Source: Mesotaenium endlicherianum (taxonomy: Eukaryota). From it: a stretch of 41,747 bases of DNA. Below, one piece after another: positions 35,353 through 41,747 of the stretch. The position numbers were made by a program, and so were the translations under genes. How positions within the stretch are numbered: the first letter of the stretch is position 1; every line of letters starts with the position of its first letter. The notes under the pieces were generated by a model that was not told where the DNA came from, ran no database searches, and saw nothing but the letters and a program-made list of their open reading frames with translations. Location of the stretch: the NCBI GenBank assembly GCA_009602735.1, contig WELA01002777.1, positions 205,943 through 247,689 on the forward strand. The letters run 5' to 3'.

Positions 35353-37249
35353 GTTGCCAGGGAGCTGATGGACGATCTGTACCGGCCCCCCCTGGAGGCT
35401 CTGGTGGCGCTTACGGCCAGGGGGGTGCCCAAGGGCAGCAAGAAGAGCAAGCAGCAGCGCTCCAAGGGGCTGGAGCGCTGGACGGCTAAGCAGAAGGAGG
35501 AGAGGCAGCGGCGCCTCAAGGAGAAGCATAGAGAGTTCTTCAAAGAGGTCGAGCAGCAGGGGTGCGTGACTGGGAGCCTGCCCACGCCCCCCCNGTGCAT
35601 GTGTGATCTTTATAGTAGCTCTCGTGTGTAGTGAGGTGTCTGGGAAGATCAAGTGCTGGATAGTCGTGCGCGCATACATACACATACACACATGTACACA
35701 CACACACACACCCACACACATGTACACACACACAGGCACATACACACGTACACGCACACACAAGCGCGCGCAGACTCAGAGAACCTGAACCTGAGTGGTG
35801 GGGTGGGCGGAGGAGGGGGCAGGCAGCAGATGGAGGAGTGGCACCGCGCGAAGAGGGAGCGGCAGCGCGGCATCGTCGCGCGGCAGGTGCGCGAGTTCCA
35901 CAAGCGCAAGGAGCGCGCGCACCGCGAGCGCCTGGAGAAGCTGCAGCGCGAGAAGATCAGCCTGCTCAAGGCCAACGACGTGGAGGGCTACCTGCGCATG
36001 GTCAAGGTGCGAACTACGAGAGAGAGGGAGAGAGAAGAGAGAAGAGAGGGGGGGAAGAGAGAGTGTGTGTGTAAGCACTGGCACCGGCACCGCCACCAGC
36101 ACCGGCACCAACACCAGCTCTCCCTCCCCTCCCCTCTCCTCTCCCCTTCCATTCCCACCTGACCGCCTCTAGTAGTGACCACAGGGCGGGCGGGCGGGCG
36201 AGCGTCAGTCTCTCATGCATGTGATGCGATTGGGTGCGGGAGTGGGGTGGGCGAGGGGGAGCAGGACGTGAAGTCGGACCGGGTGCAGCAGCTGCTCAAG
36301 GAGACGGAGGCGTACCTCCACAAGCTGGGGGCCAAGCTCAGCACGCAGAAGCTCTCCGTGACCTCCTCCTCTTCCTCCTCCTCCACCATTGCTCCCCCTC
36401 CCCCTCCTGGGACTGCTCCGTCGGGGGAGGCCACCGCAGCCCTGCCACCTGCCGGCTCCCAGGCGGGCCAGGTACAGATCCCCGCTTAATTTCCCTGGCC
36501 CTCTCTTCCTATTTGCTGCTTCCTTGCCTTGCCTTGCCTTGCCTTGCCTTGCCTTGATGTGCTCTGGGCCTAGATGCTACGCCGAGCTGAGTTCTGTACA
36601 ACTGGGCGCATGTGCGCGCGGGGNNNNNNNNNNNNNNNNNNNNNNNNNNNNNNNNNNNNNNNNNNNNNNNNNNNNNNNNNNNNNNNNNNNNNNNNNNNNN
36701 NNNNNNNNNNNNNNNNNNNNNNNNNNNNNNNNNNNNNNNNNNNNNNNNNNNNNNNNNNNNNNNNNNNNNNNNNNNNNNNNNNNNNNNNNNNNNGGGGGGT
36801 GGGGGGGGTGAGGGGGCCAGAACTACCTGCAAAGCAACGAGACATACTATACGCTGGCACACAGGTGCGTCACCTGCTTCCCCATGCCTCACCTCACCTC
36901 AGCTGCTCCTTTTGCCTAGAGAGAGGGAAAAATGACATGCACCCACATGGCCAAGCGGTGCTGAAGGACGAAAGGTTGGGGTGATTTGGGGTGGGGCGGG
37001 GCCGGGTGGGGAGGGGAGGGCAGCATCAAGGAGCACGTGCAGGAGCAGCCGCGCTTGCTAGAGGGTGGCACGCTGCGCGAGTGAGTGAGAGAGACAGAGG
37101 GACAGAACCCCGCTTCTCCATCACCTGGTTGCTGCTGCTGGCTGCTGCTGCTGCTGCTGCTGCTGCTTCTAGAGCAGAGCAGACTCGGCAGAGCAAAGTA
37201 GAGCCAGTTGTGGGGCTGATGATGACGAGGACGAGATGGGGGGGGGGGN

Positions 37250-37281
<32 letters not shown>

Positions 37282-38083
37282 TGCAATGGCAGGTACCAGC
37301 TGAACGGGCTGAGGTGGCTGCTGTCGCTGCACAACAACCAGCTCAACGGCATCCTGGCGGACGAGATGGGCCTCGGCAAGACCGTGCAGGTGTGCATGCC
37401 TGCCTTCCTTCTTTCCTGCCGTGCGCGCCTGCCTGCCTGCACGCCTCGCTGGCCGCTAGCCGAAAGTTGCCCCCCCCTGCCGAGCAGAGGTGCCGTGTTG
37501 ATGGATGAGGGGATGGCTGTGTCTGTGTCGTGAGGCGAGGGTGATCCCTGCATGCTTTCTGCGTATGCTGCAGCAATTTGCGCGTGCCCTCGAGCACAAC
37601 TATTGCACACTACTCAGCAAATCATATGTACACTCTGGTGTGCCTTATAGCACTGTTGTTACACACAGGGCACTTACCAGACTCCCTCATAATTCTGTCA
37701 GCACATTGTGCATGACAAGCCACATGATTGCAAGCACCATAGCGAGGAAGAGAGGGAGAGAGGGAAGTAGGTCGTGCTGGGGTTGACGTTTCAGCCCTTT
37801 CCTGCCGGCTTGTGGGCGGGCGTGGGGCGTGGGGTGTGGGGGGCCGCAGGTGATATCGCTGCTGTGCTACCTGATGGAGACGAAGGGCATCCAGGGCCCC
37901 TTCCTCATCGTGGTGCCGTCGTCGGTGCTGCCCAACTGGGTGGCGGAGCTCACGCGCTGGGCGCCCAAGGTCTCCAAGGTGGCCTACTGCGGCTCTCCGG
38001 AGGAGCGGCGGCGCATCTTCAGGTGCGCCAGTGAGCCCCCCCTTTTGGGCCCCCCGTGAGTAAGCGAGCGGGAGCAGCTCTCA

Positions 38084-38135
<52 letters not shown>

Positions 38136-38178
38136 CTCTCTCTCTCTCTCTCCCCTCCTCTTCTCCTCCCCCCACGTC

Positions 38179-38218
<40 letters not shown>

Positions 38219-39747
38219 GACACCCGGTGTGGGGGTGATAACTCATACTGACGGCATAGCAAGCCCGAGGAGGAAACTAGTGCCAGCCCCAACACGCACA
38301 TGCCTGACATCAGGTGCGCAATGAGGGGGACGTGGGGGCCGTGGGGGCTGGCAGGGCGGAGGTGGCGCCGCTGCAGTTCAACGTGCTCATCACGACATAC
38401 GACTTCCTGATGAGCAAGAGCGACCGGCCGCGCCTGAGCCGCGTCCGGTGGCAGTACCTGATCATTGACGAGGGCCACCGCATCAAGAACGCCGCCTGCA
38501 AGCTCAACGCCGACCTCAAGCACTACGCCAGCGCCTACCGCCTGCTCCTCACCGGCACTCCCATCCAGGTGGGCGGTGCTCTCGCGCGTGGCGGCGGGGT
38601 GCCTGGGGTGGCTGCGCTAGCCTCTACTCCAGTACTGCTAGTAGTGCTTGCACGCCTGCTGCTGCCGCTGCTGCTGCTAGTGCTGCTGCTGCTGCTGCTA
38701 TTGCTGCTGCTACCGCTGCGTCTGCTGCTGCTGCTGCGCCAACGAGGGGGGGGACGGCAGCTGAAGGGGAAGGGGCCGGTTGGGGGGGGGGGNNNNNNNN
38801 NNNNNNNNNNNNNNNNNNNNNNNNNNNNNNNNNNNNNNNNNNNNNNNNNNNNNNNNNNNNNNNNNNNNNNNNNNNNNNNNNNNNNNNNNNNNNNNNNNNN
38901 NNNNNNNNNNNNNNNNNNNNNNNNNNNNNNNNNNNNNNNNNNNNNNNNNNNNNNNNNNNNNNNNNNNNNNNNNNNNNNNNNNNNNNNNNNNNNNNNNNNN
39001 NNNNNNNNNNNNNNNNNNNNNNNNNNNNNNNNNNNNNNNNNNNNNNNNNNNNNNNNNNNNNNNNNNNNNNNNNNNNNNNNNNNNNNNNNNNNNNNNNNNN
39101 NNNNNNNNNNNNNNNNNNNNNNNNNNNNNNNNNNNNNNNNNNNNNNNNNNNNNNNNNNNNNNNNNNNNNNNNNNNNNNNNNNNNNNNNNNNNNNNNNNNN
39201 NNNNNNNNNNNNNNNNNNNNNNNNNNNNNNNNNNNNNNNNNNNNNNNNNNNNNNNNNNNNNNNNNNNNNNNNNNNNNNNNNNNNNNNNNTTGGGGGGGGG
39301 GGGGGTGGGGGCAGAACAACCTGGACGAGCTGTGGACGCTGCTCAACTTCCTGCTGCCCTCCATCTTTTGCTCGTCCGACGACTTTGCGCAGTGGTTCAG
39401 CAAGCCCTTCGAGGGCGTCAACGACGGCGCGCCCGACCAGGTAGGCCCGGTGCACGTACCCAGCGCATGCTACAGGCGTGCCTGTCCGTCCGCCTGTCCA
39501 GTGTCACCCTCCCTGGTGGTGCTGACTCTCTCTGTCTGGTGGTGCTGGCTCCCTCTCTCGGTGAGGTTGTGCTCTCGAGAGAAATCGATGCCCCAATGCT
39601 GCATGCGGCTGCTGCTGGCGGCGGCAGGCGCTGCTGACGGAGGAGGAGAATCTGCTGGTGATCAACCGGCTGCACCAGGTGCTGCGCCCCTTCATGCTGC
39701 GCCGCCTCAAGGAGCGGGTGCGTGTCCCTCTTCCCCTTTCCTTGCCC

Positions 39748-39805
<58 letters not shown>

Positions 39806-41535
39806 NNNNNNNNNNNNNNNNNNNNNNNNNNNNNNNNNNNNNNNNNNNNNNNNNNNNNNNNNNNNNNNNNNNNNNNNNNNNNNNNNNNNNNNNNNNNNNN
39901 NNNNNNNNNNNNNNNNNNNNNNNNNNNNNNNNNNNNNNNNNNNNNNNNNNNNNNNNNNNNNNNNNNNNNNNNNNNNNNNNNNNNNNNNNNNNNNNNNNNN
40001 NNNNNNNNNNNNNNNNNNNNNNNNCCCCTTCCCCCCCCCGGGCCATAAATCCACAACCATAGTGGCAGAGCAGCTGCTACGAGTGACGCCAGGAGGTGAC
40101 AGGAGTCGGGAGTGGTGGGGAGAGGGGTGCTGGCAGGTGGAGAGCGAGCTGCCGGAGAAGGTGGAGCACCTGGTGCGCTGCGAGGCGTCGGCGTACCAGC
40201 GCACGCTCATGCGCCTGGTGGCGCAGAAGCTCCCTCTCACCTCCCAGTCCCGCGTACGCCCCCCCTGCTCCCTGCTCCTCCTCTCACTCCCCCCCTCCCT
40301 CACTCTCTCATGAGATCACGAGAGTCTCCACTCACTGCCCGAGACTGCCGCAGACGCGGCAGCGGCAAGACAGAGCAGTTTCGAGCGGAGCATGTGTTGG
40401 TGGGTATTGAGTGCGGGCGGGGCTGGTGCTGGGGCTGGGGCTGGAATGGGGGGGGAGGCACAGGCGAAGGCGGTGCACAACACGGTGATGGAGCTGCGCA
40501 ACATCTGCAACCATCCGTTCCTGAGCCACCTCCACTCCATCGAGGTGGGTGGGCGGGCCCCCACGCTCGCTTCGTCACTCCTTCACTCCTTCACTCCCTC
40601 TTCTTACCTGCCTTGCTACCTGTCCGCCGCCCGCCCCTCTGGCGCCGCTTGCGCCCGGTGCCGCTCGAGGTGCCGGAGGGGGGCCCCGTAGCCTACTGCT
40701 GGGGCAGCGATGCCCGCTGCCAGTGACTGTGTGTACGTGCGTGTGGGATGGGGTTGGGGGTGGNCGGCAAGCTTGAGGCCCTGGACCGCATCCTGCCCAA
40801 GCTCAAGGCTGGCGGGCACCGCGTGAGTCGGACTCCCTCCCTCCCCTTCCTCCTCGGTCTCCTCGGGGGCCTCTCGTTCTCCTGTGGGTTGCCGCTGCTG
40901 GCTTGCCTGCCTGCCTGCCTGCCTGCCTGCCAGCTCCAAGTGGCACGACGTGAGCGAGAAGTGTGAGCTGCACCAGCGAGCTTGCGAGGCTCTTGCTGAG
41001 CTCTGTGCTTCCACAGAAGAGAGACCCGGCGGCTCCCCACAAGCATACGCTTGATGGTGGCCTCTACTGCTCTCCCTGCCTGCCTGCCTGCCTGCCTGTC
41101 TGTCTGCCCGCCCGTCTGCCCTTCCTGCCTGCTCTGCTTGCTCTGCCTGCCTGCCTGCCTGGCTGCCCTGCCTGCCTTTCTGCCTGCCTGCCTGCCAGCC
41201 TCGAGTAATATGACGTGAAGGCAGTGGCAGGGCGTGACGAGAGCGAACAAGAGGGGCGTAATTTGCGGGGCGTCGCCACTGCTGGTGGCGCTGCTGGGGC
41301 ATGAACGGGGGTGCTGCTGGTGGTGGCGGCATTGCTGGGTGCGTGGTGTGTGCTGCGCTGCGCAGGTGCTGTTCTTCTGCACCATGACGCGCCTGCTGGA
41401 CGTGATGGAGGAATACCTGGACTGGAAGGCCTGGCCCTACCTGCGTCTGGACGGCAGCACGGGCGGCAGCGAGCGCGGCTCCCTTATCGCTGACTTCAAT
41501 GACCCCTCTTCGCCCACCTTCATCTTCCTCCTCAG
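32038..41535 (+). CDS. SYD: SPLAYED-like SWI2/SNF2 chromatin-remodelling ATPase (5' part; continues past the window end)
   Basis: Phase-consistent exons: 32038-32166, 32301-32362, 32625-32766, 33056-33207, 33417-33478, 33634-34820, 35013-35110, 35361-35561, 35823-36006, 36265-36471, 36821-36864, 37024-37080, 37293-37389, 37850-38022, 38355-38568, 39315-39440, 39628-39717, 40137-40253, 40464-40544, ?-40822 and 41366-41535. It has a SYD-like N-terminal helix region, a QLQ-like [25 protein letters not shown], and the SYD signature [35 protein letters not shown]. ATPase motifs include [46 protein letters not shown] and YLRLDGST. Confidence 0.92.
40905..41200. repeat. (CCTG)n tetranucleotide repeat blocks in a SYD intron
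   Basis: Directly visible cctgcctg runs at about 40905-40930 and 41075-41200. Confidence 0.9.
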
Positions 41536-41747
41536 GTTCCCCTGCCCTCCCTCCCTCTCGCTCGCTGGCTTGCCTGCTTGCCTTATTGCTCGCCTGGTCG
41601 CCTGCTCAGGGCGTCGCTCCAGGCATGAACTGTTTGCTGCAGTGCTTGTGCTACTTGGGGCAGAGAGAGGGGGGCGGGGGCAGCAGTCTCACTGGGGACA
41701 GGGGAGGGGGGCCTGTTGCACGGGTGTTCTGCATTGGGACGCGGGGT

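Noticed and set aside
33467..35600. Long minus-strand ORFs (222-413 aa)
   Set aside because: Antisense shadows of GC-rich SYD exons and low-complexity sequence.
38569..38760. Poly-Leu apparent transmembrane segment in ORF 38314-39444
   Set aside because: Read-through into a (CTG)n-rich intron after the TGTPIQ|GT donor.

Overview
Intron-rich eukaryotic DNA from a gapped assembly. A SPLAYED-type SWI2/SNF2 gene, GC-rich exons and microsatellite-filled introns suggest a streptophyte, probably a charophyte-grade green alga (inference). In order along the window: (1) 1-5.6 kb of very degenerate retroelement fragments (copia-, gypsy- and LINE-like) among CA/GT/CT repeats; (2) a small 4-exon gene of unknown function (5749-7331, +); (3) a tail-to-tail inverted duplication of an SMP-30/gluconolactonase (regucalcin-like) gene, with a disabled copy (8726-12217, +) and an intact 7-exon 298-aa copy (19373-14424, -), separated by a spacer holding a LINE remnant; (4) a divergently transcribed 8-exon gene for an N-terminally anchored LRR plus atypical HGDxYAHN kinase resembling a bacterial LRR-kinase family (20282-28322, +), apparently with a GC-AG intron; (5) an orphan ORF (31163-30084, -) and a 243-bp MITE with an 8-bp TSD; (6) a SPLAYED-like chromatin remodeller from 32038 to beyond the window end. 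The most striking unexplained pattern is in the 3' introns of the SYD gene: most have C-rich 5' ends and G-rich 3' ends with no polypyrimidine tract. All gene models were spliced by hand and family calls come from motif recognition, not database searches.
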